A DNA stretch of 64,000 nucleotides from Candidatus Thorarchaeota archaeon (GCA_020348985.1 CP070761.1:862324-926323), one strand, 5' to 3'; numbered from the stretch's first letter, positions 18,722 to 29,021 are shown. The notes: generated by a model not told the origin, from the letters alone. A program made the numbers and translations.

Positions 18722-21700
18722 TCAATTTGATTGATCCAGTCCTTTAGCGATTTCATCAATAGTTGTTGGGAGCATCGCGATGTCTTCTCCAAGACCTTGA
18801 ATTTCTAGATATGATTTTGTGCTTCCCAGAGTTCCAGTAATGAAGAGTCTTAGCGCTAACTTCTTCTTTGTGTATTTTCCTTCAGCAAAACCTCTTACGA
18901 TTCCTCTGAAAACACCTTCATCTATTGTTCTACTTGAATCTATGATGCGGAAGTTTCTTGCTGGAAGAAGAGTCAATGCTTTTGAGAACAAAACCTCAGG
19001 ATCCTGATTCAATTCCCGCTTTTCCTTAGTGGCTGCCATCTCATTTAACAAGAATTCAAATTCCGTCAGAGATGATTCGAGTGGAGTAAGTAAGTCACAT
19101 ACTGAACGAATGACATAGGGTTCGACAGGAATTACCTGGGTTTGATTCTGATGATCAATATATGACACTGTAGTGAGAATCTGACCTTCAACGCAGTCCT
19201 TCGTTGGAGTTAGATTGAATTGAGGAGACCTAAAACCGCCTGGTTCTATTCGTGCTATCTTTTTCAATCGCTCTCCTGACAGTTCCATGCAGTCTTCGGG
19301 GTATGCGACGATAGTCACTATGACATTATTGATTACGCTCTTTGTGTCGTTTTTCACTTTCACTTTGTACTCAAATTCATCGCCTACTATCTCTGCACCT
19401 CTGAGTACTTCAACTCGGCCAATCGAGGGTGGTTCAATTTCTGCTACTGGTGTTACTTTGGGTTTGCCTTTTAGTCGAACACGTGAAAGAATAACCAAGA
19501 CTGCCACTATACCGACACCGCCTGCGGCAACAAGAGTCATTGTAACGTCTGCACCATCTCCAGTAAATCCAGTAGCGGACCACACAGTAGTTTCAACATT
19601 ACATGTAAACTCAGTTATACCATGGACTTCTTCGCTTGTGACTTGTCTAGTCGTATATCGATACGCTCGGCCATCATTGCGATCCGTGAATAGTGACTTG
19701 TTTGAGTCAGTGAAAGACATCCACCATGAGCCATTTCGTTCAATTACGATTTGATAACTAGTACATGGAGAATTATCATAATCAAATGAGACTGAAAGAG
19801 TGAAAGTAACTTCTTGTCCATTTGCCACTGCTTCAGAACTTGCCTGAATATCAATGACTAATCTATCCCAGATAACCGAAACAAACTGACTATTCTGATC
19901 TACTTGGGTTATCCCTTGAGTGTTTCCAGAGCATGCAACAGAATCAAAGGTGTTGGCCGTGACACTTGTCTCAATATCAGTGAAATTCCAATGACCACCA
20001 CTTCCAGAATAGCTTGCACTAATCGAGTTTATCATGACTATGCCATCAATTACAGGTGACATATCATACTCATAGTAAATCTGAACACTAAGCCATGCTT
20101 GGTCATTTATGTTAAGATGTGAATACTCTACCCAATACCCTTGCACTTGGATCCGATCGGAAATGTATGTATCTTGATAGGCGGTATAAAGTAGATCAGT
20201 TCCTGAGAATCCATCACCTTCTCCAACTACTATGATTGTGAGTATGTTTTCACCAACTTGATCATCAGCATATCCTGTGATGTCAAAATTACCATCCGCA
20301 AATGAAGGGTCAGTCCAAGGGCCAACACTATTCCCATAATCTGTCATTGAAACCCATACATCTGTTTCATTGTCTGATGGAAAGTTGTCACCTGAACCAA
20401 AGTAGACTAGTGTTCCAGTAACATAGAATATGCTGTTCAGGTCACCTCTATCTGTTGGTCCCACGTCATCATCAATTGTCAAACTAAGAATGTCAAGACG
20501 GGTTTCAATATCCCAATTGCTCTCATAAAAATCGGAATCGAACTCACTTGAAGTGTCGTTGACAAACTGCTTCACATCAATGTCCATGATATCAGGATGG
20601 CTCCAGCTAATCTTGACATGCCATGTAATATCGATTGAATTGACGGACTTGACATATGAACTCCAAGTTGCCAAGGTAAGAGATCCTGAGCCATTGAAAA
20701 TCGAGAATTGATTTGTGTCCTCATCGAATATGAGTGTCCAGTAGTTAGTAGTTCTACTATTATCAAATAGGAGAAGTATCACTTTGTCGATGTCTGAATA
20801 ACCATCTGGGTCACTCACATTGGTCGTTATGAAATAGTAATGGTATTTGGCATAGAGATAGGTTGTATCGTCAGGATTTATCAGGACAGGAGATACATCA
20901 TTCACAGGATTTTGGTTCGGAATTTGAGTCCAAACGACTTGTTCAACATTGGTAACGAACATAGTAAGACCGTATGTACTCTCACTAACTCCAGCACCAG
21001 TAGTGTTTGCCCTGTATGTATATGTTACATCTGAACCAGTGTCGTTGAAGAGGGTCTTGTTAGCATCAGTAAAAACTTGCCAATCACTGACGTTTCTATG
21101 AAATTGAATCGTATAGGTCGTACATGGTAGATTGTCATAGTCGTATACGACTGTCAAAACGAAATTGACTTGAACACCGTTATTTGGTGTTTCATCGTCC
21201 GCTTGAATATCTATGACAAGTCTATCCCAAATGATGTTTGTTGATTGACCATTTACATTGACAACTGTTATTCCATAAGTACTGTCAAGAGCCCCAGTGG
21301 AGTTCACGAAATAACCAAGTCGACCTATGATGTCATATGATCCTGTCACCAGTTCAAAATGATCTGTCTGCCATGTCATAGCAGAATTATTCATGTAGAG
21401 TGTGTCACCGCTCGTAAGAAGAGTATTGTCATATTCAAGTTCAGCTGTCACACTAATTGTAGCAGATGACCAGATATCTATTCGATTATCATTCGCCGAA
21501 GTAGACAGGATCCTAATTCGGTCCCAAATACAGAATGTATACCAATCTCCTGTGTAACTAGCTATTGCTGTGATTCCATGCGAGTCCCCAGACGGGCTAC
21601 CTGGATCGTAGGCACGTCTGCCAACAGTATCGTACTGGAATGTTGTATCGTTCCACGCGAAAACGCCGTCAAAGCTGGTATTATCGAAATTATATCTGGC

Positions 21701-23251
21701 AGTCACAACGATACCGGATGCGTTCTCATTGACACTGATTCGTTGGTTAGTCGGTCCAGTGATGGTCACATTCAGAGAATCCCAAATAACATAGTTCGCA
21801 CCATCAAAACCAATTACAGAAATGTAGTAGACGGGATCGGTGACGGATATGACACGATAACCTCTTTTTCCAACGGTCGTATATAGGAACGTTGTATGAT
21901 TCAATGTTAGTGTGCCCGAAAACTGTGTCCAATCTGATTCATAGTAGGCAAATACTGTAATACCTGATGCATTTTGATTGACGTTAATTCGATGGTCAGG
22001 TATTGTTATATTGCATGACAAAGAGTCCCAGGTTTGCGTAATTGATTGACCATTCTGGTCAACCGCTCCAGCCAGACTATGAGAACCTCCAGAAAATGTG
22101 ACTGAATTGTATGTAAAAGCTTGAGCGGTCGCTTTCGTGTCCACAATTATCCAACCAGAGTAACTAGCCCAGTAGGTTGCGCTAACTCCATTTACGGTAA
22201 CTGTGCCAGTCGTCACCAAGGAATCATCATAATCATAGTAAATGATCAGCAATTGCTTGGCGGGAACATTGATGTCTATTCTTGATGAGTTTAGTTGACT
22301 GTATGATTGAACTTGAACACGGTCTGCAATATAGGAATCAGATGGTGAAAGAGTATAGTATAGATCTGAACCTCCAAAACCAGCTCCTTCTTCAACTATT
22401 TTGACAGTGTACCAGTCTAGGCCTACTTGATCATCAGCATAGCAAGTAATATCGAAAGCTCCTGATGGAATGATTGTATCACTCCATGGTCCTAGAACAC
22501 TTCCATATTGTGGTGCTGAAACCCATGCATCAATTTGATTTGAAGGAGGATTCAAAGTGGATCCACGATAAGTAGTTGTCCCAGTAATGTGGAAAACCTC
22601 ATCAAGATCTCCCCGGTCAACTGTTCCGCCATCGTCACTAGTCACACTTGGAATAACAGAATAATCGAGGCGTGTTTCAATGTCCCAATTCACTTCATAC
22701 CAATCAGCATCAGAAGTTGCGTTATAATCATAGACGTACTGGTAAACATCAACATCTGCTGAAGCGAGATGGTACCAATCTATTCGTAATACGAAAGTTG
22801 CATCGATATCATTTCCAGATCTAGTTGCGCTGCAAGAACCAGTTTGTAGTGCAATGTTCCCTGAACTTCCGACCTCTGAGAAAGTGTTAAGGTTTTCATC
22901 ATATTTGACCTTCCAATACTCAGTAATTCGATTATTATCATATAGAGATAGTTCGATATACTCTATTGCTTGGTAGCCATCTGGGACTGATACATAAGCT
23001 GTAATCTGATAGTCTCTCAATTGAGCATACATATTATCAGTGTCATCTGGGTTTTGCAATACTGGAGCCTGGTCATTAACTGGATTAAATGAAAGCTCAT
23101 GATGTTTTTCTGGACAAATTCCTGTTATTGGTACCTCCATTGCCCTCTCGATTACATTTGACACGTTTATTAACGACATTATGATGGTGAAGCAAACTAT
23201 AGAAGTTATCAGAATAAGAACTCGGTTCTTTGGTCCAAACATGTAACCCAT
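18722..23251 (-). CDS. Large repeat-containing cell-surface glycoprotein with TM helix and cytoplasmic appendage-like domain
   Basis: 1509 aa. N-terminal hydrophobic segment, duplicated NPVND.P.L.NPDDT modules, (I/T)WD(R/S) repeats, many NxS/T sequons, TM at about 19484-19546, ~230-aa cytoplasmic domain. Confidence 0.85.
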   Translation of the reverse strand: MGYMFGPKNRVLILITSIVCFTIIMSLINVSNVIERAMEVPITGICPEKHHELSFNPVNDQAPVLQNPDDTDNMYAQLRDYQITAYVSVPDGYQAIEYIELSLYDNNRITEYWKVKYDENLNTFSEVGSSGNIALQTGSCSATRSGNDIDATFVLRIDWYHLASADVDVYQYVYDYNATSDADWYEVNWDIETRLDYSVIPSVTSDDGGTVDRGDLDEVFHITGTTTYRGSTLNPPSNQIDAWVSAPQYGSVLGPWSDTIIPSGAFDITCYADDQVGLDWYTVKIVEEGAGFGGSDLYYTLSPSDSYIADRVQVQSYSQLNSSRIDINVPAKQLLIIYYDYDDSLVTTGTVTVNGVSATYWASYSGWIIVDTKATAQAFTYNSVTFSGGSHSLAGAVDQNGQSITQTWDSLSCNITIPDHRINVNQNASGITVFAYYESDWTQFSGTLTLNHTTFLYTTVGKRGYRVISVTDPVYYISVIGFDGANYVIWDSLNVTITGPTNQRISVNENASGIVVTARYNFDNTSFDGVFAWNDTTFQYDTVGRRAYDPGSPSGDSHGITAIASYTGDWYTFCIWDRIRILSTSANDNRIDIWSSATISVTAELEYDNTLLTSGDTLYMNNSAMTWQTDHFELVTGSYDIIGRLGYFVNSTGALDSTYGITVVNVNGQSTNIIWDRLVIDIQADDETPNNGVQVNFVLTVVYDYDNLPCTTYTIQFHRNVSDWQVFTDANKTLFNDTGSDVTYTYRANTTGAGVSESTYGLTMFVTNVEQVVWTQIPNQNPVNDVSPVLINPDDTTYLYAKYHYYFITTNVSDPDGYSDIDKVILLLFDNSRTTNYWTLIFDEDTNQFSIFNGSGSLTLATWSSYVKSVNSIDITWHVKISWSHPDIMDIDVKQFVNDTSSEFDSDFYESNWDIETRLDILSLTIDDDVGPTDRGDLNSIFYVTGTLVYFGSGDNFPSDNETDVWVSMTDYGNSVGPWTDPSFADGNFDITGYADDQVGENILTIIVVGEGDGFSGTDLLYTAYQDTYISDRIQVQGYWVEYSHLNINDQAWLSVQIYYEYDMSPVIDGIVMINSISASYSGSGGHWNFTDIETSVTANTFDSVACSGNTQGITQVDQNSQFVSVIWDRLVIDIQASSEAVANGQEVTFTLSVSFDYDNSPCTSYQIVIERNGSWWMSFTDSNKSLFTDRNDGRAYRYTTRQVTSEEVHGITEFTCNVETTVWSATGFTGDGADVTMTLVAAGGVGIVAVLVILSRVRLKGKPKVTPVAEIEPPSIGRVEVLRGAEIVGDEFEYKVKVKNDTKSVINNVIVTIVAYPEDCMELSGERLKKIARIEPGGFRSPQFNLTPTKDCVEGQILTTVSYIDHQNQTQVIPVEPYVIRSVCDLLTPLESSLTEFEFLLNEMAATKEKRELNQDPEVLFSKALTLLPARNFRIIDSSRTIDEGVFRGIVRGFAEGKYTKKKLALRLFITGTLGSTKSYLEIQGLGEDIAMLPTTIDEIAKGLDQSN

Positions 23252-23629
23252 ATCCCCCTTTCCAAGATCTGAATAGGATTAACATCTTCGGGTTGCTATG
23301 TAGGAATTACCAAAATCCAGGTACAATTCTCTGACACTTTTGGCAAACCCGTTTCACATTTCATGATTGGTCTGCGATATAAGTCTGCGGACAATCGCCA
23401 TTGTCGCAATCAATTCTATTGAAAAGATACGTTCTTGAGTGTAGCTGCTGTAATTCTGCAATCTTCGATTCTCATCACAGGGACAATTGTTGGTGCTGGC
23501 ACCTCCCACCAAGAGATCTGCTTGGCATCCTTACCAAGAGCAGATGTGCTAGCAAACATCCTCATGTTGTTGTCATTGGTCCTCAAAGCGCTGATTGGAT
23601 AAGCCTCCGAACCTGTCCAAGAGTCCAAT

Positions 23630-23660
23630 CAAAGAATAAGAGAGGGGGCTAGGTGCCCCC
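23630..23660 (-). terminator. Hairpin + pyrimidine tract terminator
   Basis: GGGGGC-N5-GCCCCC stem just after the stop at 23665, followed on the - strand by TCTCTTATTCTTT. Confidence 0.5.
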
Positions 23661-23664
23661 ACAG

Positions 23665-25068
23665 CTAATCCTCTTCTTCGTCCTCTTCTTCACCAAGGCG
23701 TCTAGCACGGCCAAGTCGGCGGCTATCATCGACACGTAGTCGACGAGAATCAGGAGGCGCAATTGCATCGGATGGTTCTCTTTCACCTTTTGGCTCGTAC
23801 TCCTCAGGAGCTTCAGAGGCCCTCAGGATTTCTTCATCCACTTCTCCTTCTTCGAAGACCTCACCCTCATCTCTTGCCCTCTCGACGATTCGTTCAACTC
23901 GTTCTACGCGAAGATAGTAGATCATTGTGAACATGGCCATGAGTGGGAATGCGAGGAGTTTTGCGATGTCCCTAAACAAGAAAGTGGCGAAGTTGACTTC
24001 TGCTGTCCAGAATCCAGGGAAGAACCAGCCGCCAATGGCTGAGCCGGATCCTGAGGCAGCGATTATGCTGTCGACAAAGAAGAATCCACTGGCCAGGAAG
24101 AATGTTATCAGAGGTCCTAGGTCTCTTGTTCGAGCTTTAGATTCCTCAACTTCTTCGGTTACGGTTCTTCCAATACCACTCATTGCATAAACCAGGAAGA
24201 ACAAAGACATGGCAATGTCAACAGCTTCCATCGAGGGAGCCGATGATCTCCTCATCACATTGAACAAGAAGTAGCCCGAGTAAATGGAAATGAACAAGGT
24301 TAGAAGACTGATATTGATTGCAGCTCCTTTGGTCGCATACCTGAAGTAGGAGAGAAGTGAAATCAGGGCAAAGAGCCCCAACAGCCCAAATGCTCCTAAC
24401 AGGAAGGGGAAGTGCAAAGAGACATTGTCCTGGAATTCTGGGAACACAGGGCCCAATAGAGCACTGATTCCGAACATATCTCCTGGGATTACAACTAGGG
24501 CAACTACTGCTTCAGCTGCTATGATGCCAATCCCGATAATCAGTATGATGAAGGCGAGAATGCCTGTGCCAATACCTCCCTTCTTCGGTTCAGCAATTGT
24601 CGCAATCCGCAGACTAGTCCTTGATGATAGGTAGCCTTGGAATCCAATCCACCCCACCCAACAGAATGCTGCGAATATGAAGAGAATAGCTTCTCCGAGG
24701 AATATCGACATCCACACAGAAATTGCAAACGAGACCGCTAGCCAGGCCACACCCTTCATCTCAGTCACACGACCTCGGCCTCGCCTTGTAATCCAAAGCC
24801 GATCTAGCCTCAGAGCGAGCAGCAATGTCCCGATCATGAAGTAGATTGTGCCCGTCGCACCGAGATATGCGAAAGTGGTTATCAGAATCGTCTCAATCGT
24901 TGTTCCAATCACCCATGTTTGAGACAGTAGGAACGAAACGAAGAATGACAAGAAAACTGTCATGACAAAAATGATCAGATAGGCCACGTAGCGCCTCGTT
25001 TTGAAGAACACTTTCAGGCCTTCAACAATGCCAGAAAGAATAGGAATACCCAAAACATCATCCTCCAA
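23665..25068 (-). CDS. Hypothetical polytopic membrane protein (about 11 TM) with acidic tail
   Basis: 467-aa hydrophobic ORF with an E/D/R-rich C-terminus. Confidence 0.8.
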   Translation of the reverse strand: MEDDVLGIPILSGIVEGLKVFFKTRRYVAYLIIFVMTVFLSFFVSFLLSQTWVIGTTIETILITTFAYLGATGTIYFMIGTLLLALRLDRLWITRRGRGRVTEMKGVAWLAVSFAISVWMSIFLGEAILFIFAAFCWVGWIGFQGYLSSRTSLRIATIAEPKKGGIGTGILAFIILIIGIGIIAAEAVVALVVIPGDMFGISALLGPVFPEFQDNVSLHFPFLLGAFGLLGLFALISLLSYFRYATKGAAINISLLTLFISIYSGYFLFNVMRRSSAPSMEAVDIAMSLFFLVYAMSGIGRTVTEEVEESKARTRDLGPLITFFLASGFFFVDSIIAASGSGSAIGGWFFPGFWTAEVNFATFLFRDIAKLLAFPLMAMFTMIYYLRVERVERIVERARDEGEVFEEGEVDEEILRASEAPEEYEPKGEREPSDAIAPPDSRRLRVDDSRRLGRARRLGEEEDEEED

Positions 25069-25246
25069 TTCTGCATCTCCGAAGTACTTGGTTCGATTTA
25101 AGCTTTGCAGAGGTTCTGCTCACGACAAGAAGATGGTCTTCAGAAACCCTTCTGCTCATGTGAACACTTCGGTCAAACGCAAACTGAATTGAAAGCAATG
25201 GATTTCCACATAAGTTAGCTTTAATAGCGCTCAAAACGAATCCTTA

Positions 25247-25352
25247 GTGTGGCCGGGTGGCTGACAGGGTCTTGTTTTCGTAACATGCCCTCATTACAAA
25301 CAACTCCCCCCCTCCTACCACAGCCTTGTCGGCACTGGCCACACCTCTTTTC
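25247..25352 (+). ncRNA. Candidate ~100-nt structured small RNA
   Basis: The 5' and 3' ends pair (GTGTGGCC/GGCCACAC, extended by G-U-containing pairs). TTTAATA lies at 25220-25226 upstream and a T tract downstream. Confidence 0.45.
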
Positions 25353-25463
25353 CGTTCAAATCCAAATACAGCATGTCGGCACATGAGTCCACGTTGACCG
25401 CATTCCTTTTCTATGGTTTTGCTCGGAATTTAAGGTGTGTGGAAACTTGGAGCGTGAGAGCGA

Positions 25464-26237
25464 ATGTCATCAGCGCAAGTTCAGATTGTCACCCAAGGAC
25501 TGTCCAAGAATTTCGGGCCTATTGAAGCTTTGAAGAATCTCGATCTAGAGGTGAAAAAGGGGAGCACCTTCGGATTCCTCGGACCAAATGGAGCGGGCAA
25601 GACAACTACAGTAAGAATACTCTCAGGACTGCTGAGGCCCAGCTCAGGAAATGCAGCTGTCTGTGGATTCGATGTCCTGACGCAGCAAGATGAGATAAAG
25701 GGCGCAACAGGACTGCTCCCTGAGACACCGGGGCTCTACTCCAAACTATCTGCAGTCGAGTTTCTAGAGTTCATTGGTGCTCTCAACGATCTGACTGGAG
25801 AGATTGTCAACAAGAGAATCGACCAACTGCTCGCTCTTCTTGGTCTTGAAGGACGTCAGAATGATCTTCTGGAAAGCTATAGCTCAGGGATGAAGCAGAA
25901 GGTTCTGGTAGCTTCAACGATTCTCCACGATCCGACTCTGGTGTTTCTCGATGAACCAACATCAAGGTTGGATCCATCTGCAAGTGCCCTTGTAAAGGAA
26001 ATCATCCTCGCTCTCGCCAAGGAGACCGAAACTACGTTCTTTATTTGCACTCACATGACAGACTTTGCTGAAGATGTCTGCGACATCATAGGCATTCTAA
26101 ACGAGGGCGTTCTGTCAGCCTTGGGTTCTCCCAACGAGATAATCGATCAAGTAGGTGCCAATGACCTTGAGGACGCCTACCTCAAGATAGTCGGTGGTGA
26201 AGTTGACCGCGAGAAGCTTCTCACTTGGAGGCAGTGA
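25464..26237 (+). CDS. ABC-2 type transporter ATP-binding protein
   Basis: GPNGAGKT, YSSGMKQK, VFLDEPT, CTH. Confidence 0.93.
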   Translation: MSSAQVQIVTQGLSKNFGPIEALKNLDLEVKKGSTFGFLGPNGAGKTTTVRILSGLLRPSSGNAAVCGFDVLTQQDEIKGATGLLPETPGLYSKLSAVEFLEFIGALNDLTGEIVNKRIDQLLALLGLEGRQNDLLESYSSGMKQKVLVASTILHDPTLVFLDEPTSRLDPSASALVKEIILALAKETETTFFICTHMTDFAEDVCDIIGILNEGVLSALGSPNEIIDQVGANDLEDAYLKIVGGEVDREKLLTWRQ

Positions 26238-26326
26238 TCGAGGACCGGGAGATGCAAACGCTCTAAGAATGTGATACAAACACGGATATTCCGAATACCG
26301 TGCATATGCTTTGAGGTTCACCCCGG

Positions 26327-26659
26327 ATGACAGATTGTCTGCCACCAGCAAATACGTCGTGTGGGAGATGCGGATGTGTGATCTTCTATACCGGGGAGGA
26401 TTGTGTTCTTTGTCCTCTAGCAAGTGACATTCTCAGAAACACCGCCTCCAGTCTGGGGGTCTCTAGTCAGTCGTTCTGCGAGGTGGACGTCGATGCCGAT
26501 GCTGGATTGGCTATTGACTCCTCTTTGGTTGCGATTCCCTCGATGAGAATCTGCGACAGACAATTGAATGGACTTCCCGATGAAGCATCGATACGAGATG
26601 CATTGGTTCGCGCCATGATTCTGCAGCCATGTTTCATTGATGATTCTGTACGTTCTTGA
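26327..26659 (+). CDS. Thioredoxin-like protein, Cys-rich
   Basis: IFYTGEDCVLCP (CxxC), EVDVD, AIPS cis-Pro, LNGLP. Confidence 0.7.
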   Translation: MTDCLPPANTSCGRCGCVIFYTGEDCVLCPLASDILRNTASSLGVSSQSFCEVDVDADAGLAIDSSLVAIPSMRICDRQLNGLPDEASIRDALVRAMILQPCFIDDSVRS

Positions 26660-26728
26660 GATTAGTACTTGAACCGAAAGAAAGAAGGCCAGCAAGAAAT
26701 TACCGCACAAACTGTTGCGGTGTTGTGT

Positions 26729-27640
26729 GTGGATTCCATTGATAGAGGAATAGCCCTCGATCTAAGCAGGGATTGTAGGACTTCCCTACAGAAGCTTTCA
26801 CTCAAGTATAACATAAGCTCGAACGCCATCAAAAAACGGATTGACAAACTTCTCGAGATTGGAGTAATTGAGAAATTCTTGGTCAGGTTGAGTCGGGCGA
26901 TGGCAGACACAGAGATGCTATTTGCGATAGTGTACACGGACAAGTCAGTAGATGATGACACATTCGCTGAGAGAGTCTTTGAACATCCACAAGTTGCTAG
27001 CGTACATTACGATTCTTTTGGTTCCTGCATAGTGCACGCAGAGTATTCCGGAGCAAAAGAACTTGGTGAATTGGGAGTGTTTCTCCGTGGACTAGAAAGC
27101 GTCACAGATGTAGAGTTACACACTTTGCCAATTGCCAGAGGTAGCAAGGTCGAACTCAAGAACCTACAGATGCGAGTGCTTGTCCCGCTACTCGACAATC
27201 CACGAATGTCCGTCACTGACATTGCCCAGGCTACAGGTTTGACAGCTCGAAGAGTTCGTCGGACGATCCAAGAGCTGTCTGATGGTGGAGGTGTTGAGTT
27301 CACGGTGGCTCTGACTTTCCCTGCCGCAGACACGACTTATCTCGCCTTTCGAATGACCTGGGATTCGAAGATAATAAGTCCGGAGCAGATAGATTCAATC
27401 ATAAAGAAGCAGTTTCCAAACGACTACTATCGGTCAGTGTATTCGGCCATTGAGCCGATAATCTGGTGTGACTTTATCGTTGGACATGCCCGTGATGCTG
27501 AAACCATTACAGCAAAGCTAAGGAAGATTCCGTCTGCAACTGTAGAGAATACCATCATCGTCTACCCGCCAAAGAAGCGGCGGAACATCAGAGAATTGAA
27601 GCTCCGTAAGATGCTTTCAGATGCAGGATATCTCCATTAG
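26729..27640 (+). CDS. Tandem (double) Lrp/AsnC family transcriptional regulator
   Basis: Two wHTH units: DCRTSLQKLS...IKKRIDKL and NPRMSVTDIA...VRRTIQEL, each followed by a RAM-like domain. GTG start at 26729. Confidence 0.85.
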   Translation: MDSIDRGIALDLSRDCRTSLQKLSLKYNISSNAIKKRIDKLLEIGVIEKFLVRLSRAMADTEMLFAIVYTDKSVDDDTFAERVFEHPQVASVHYDSFGSCIVHAEYSGAKELGELGVFLRGLESVTDVELHTLPIARGSKVELKNLQMRVLVPLLDNPRMSVTDIAQATGLTARRVRRTIQELSDGGGVEFTVALTFPAADTTYLAFRMTWDSKIISPEQIDSIIKKQFPNDYYRSVYSAIEPIIWCDFIVGHARDAETITAKLRKIPSATVENTIIVYPPKKRRNIRELKLRKMLSDAGYLH

Positions 27641-29021
27641 AAGTTAGACCTGAGCTATTGATAGATTGTGACCTCGAAGGGCAGGTCACCTTTATCTTCT
27701 CAGTTCTCGAGACTCGGTTTCCAGATGAATCGGTTGCAGACACTATGAAGTCATATATGCCATCGGGCAAGTCAAATGCTACTCTGCCAAACGTACTGTT
27801 CGCCCAGAATACAGGGTTCTCGACTCTGAAGAAAGAAATCTGGATGCCTTTGCCAACGATAGCGATGTCGACATCAGAAATCCAGCTGCCGTCATCTATG
27901 ACTTCAGCTAGAAACGCAGTTCCCTCACGAGTCACAATCGTCCTCATGTTTTCAATTCTAGGGCAAACAGTATCTGAAAGACTGTGTGCAAACACTTCAA
28001 TCTCCTGTCCGACAGGAATGCTATCAAGCAATATGAATACCCTTCCATTCTCTCGGGAAATGACATACTTATCAGAGAGCCGACCCCCATCCGCAATCGC
28101 AAACTCAGTCCAGTGACGGGGTATCTCAATACGATATGTCAGCGCAACGCCAAACGAGAAGTCATCATCCAGTTCTGTCCGGAAGGATATGCTGTGCTTA
28201 CTCCTCCTACTTGATGTAATCCTCAACGAGTCTCTTTCGAGTTGGTACGCTAGGGCCTCACCCCAGCTCGTGTACCAGGTATCCTTTCTCACGGCAATCT
28301 GCTTTAGCATTTCAAAGAATTCAGATCGTTCTGCAGGAGTGAACCACTTGGAGTGTCCATAACACTTGTATGCGGCGTAATCATCGCCTGCACGCGCAAC
28401 CATTTCTTCGAATGTGGTGATGAGCCGATTCATGTTCTTGCCCTTTACACCATCGACTGATGGGAAAGAATGCACTGCGTGCCCAGGATTCTCAATAGGC
28501 CAAGTTCCTCGGTTTGAAGCCGATTCATATTGAATTCCACGCGCCAGTCTGAAGAACTCAAGTGCCTGCTCCTGAGCTGCATCATTCTGTGATCCGTAGG
28601 GATACGCAAATACAATCGGTGTGAATCCGAACACTCGCTCGATATCACTGATGCTTTGACGAAGCAAGTATTCTCTATAGGACTGGTTCAGTTGAGCATG
28701 ATGGAGATGCTCTCTAGAGTGGGACTGAATGTCGTGGCCCCGGAACAACATGTCAAGTCCCCACAGCTGTGCGACATCTATTTGACTCGTCACTGCAAAC
28801 GTTGTGTGTTTGAATCCGAGGTCATCTTCAAGAAACGAGAAAGCTAAGTCATCACCCCCATCATCCCAAGAGAACATGAAAGCGAACTGCCTTCCTCCGC
28901 GGAAAACCTCGACTTCTGGGCTTGATGCTTCGGTCATTGATTCATCAATGCTGAAAGCAAAGAAGGAATCGAGGAGCAGGAACATTACACCAATGATCAC
29001 GACGACCGTCTTTCTTCTCAA
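27588..29021 (-). CDS. Secreted polysaccharide deacetylase (CE4/NodB) with C-terminal beta domains
   Basis: FSWDDG, HDIQSHSREH, FAYPYG and a signal peptide. Confidence 0.88.
   Translation of the reverse strand: MRRKTVVVIIGVMFLLLDSFFAFSIDESMTEASSPEVEVFRGGRQFAFMFSWDDGGDDLAFSFLEDDLGFKHTTFAVTSQIDVAQLWGLDMLFRGHDIQSHSREHLHHAQLNQSYREYLLRQSISDIERVFGFTPIVFAYPYGSQNDAAQEQALEFFRLARGIQYESASNRGTWPIENPGHAVHSFPSVDGVKGKNMNRLITTFEEMVARAGDDYAAYKCYGHSKWFTPAERSEFFEMLKQIAVRKDTWYTSWGEALAYQLERDSLRITSSRRSKHSISFRTELDDDFSFGVALTYRIEIPRHWTEFAIADGGRLSDKYVISRENGRVFILLDSIPVGQEIEVFAHSLSDTVCPRIENMRTIVTREGTAFLAEVIDDGSWISDVDIAIVGKGIQISFFRVENPVFWANSTFGRVAFDLPDGIYDFIVSATDSSGNRVSRTEKIKVTCPSRSQSINSSGLTSNGDILHLKASYGASIL

Noticed and set aside
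23401-23652. Cys-rich 83-aa ORF and overlapping short frames
   Set aside because: No SD, no family motif and several competing frames. Likely spurious or a decayed fragment.
25350-25366. GTTCAAATC T-loop-like motif suggesting a tRNA or tRNA-like domain
   Set aside because: The flanks do not form a T stem and there is no cloverleaf.
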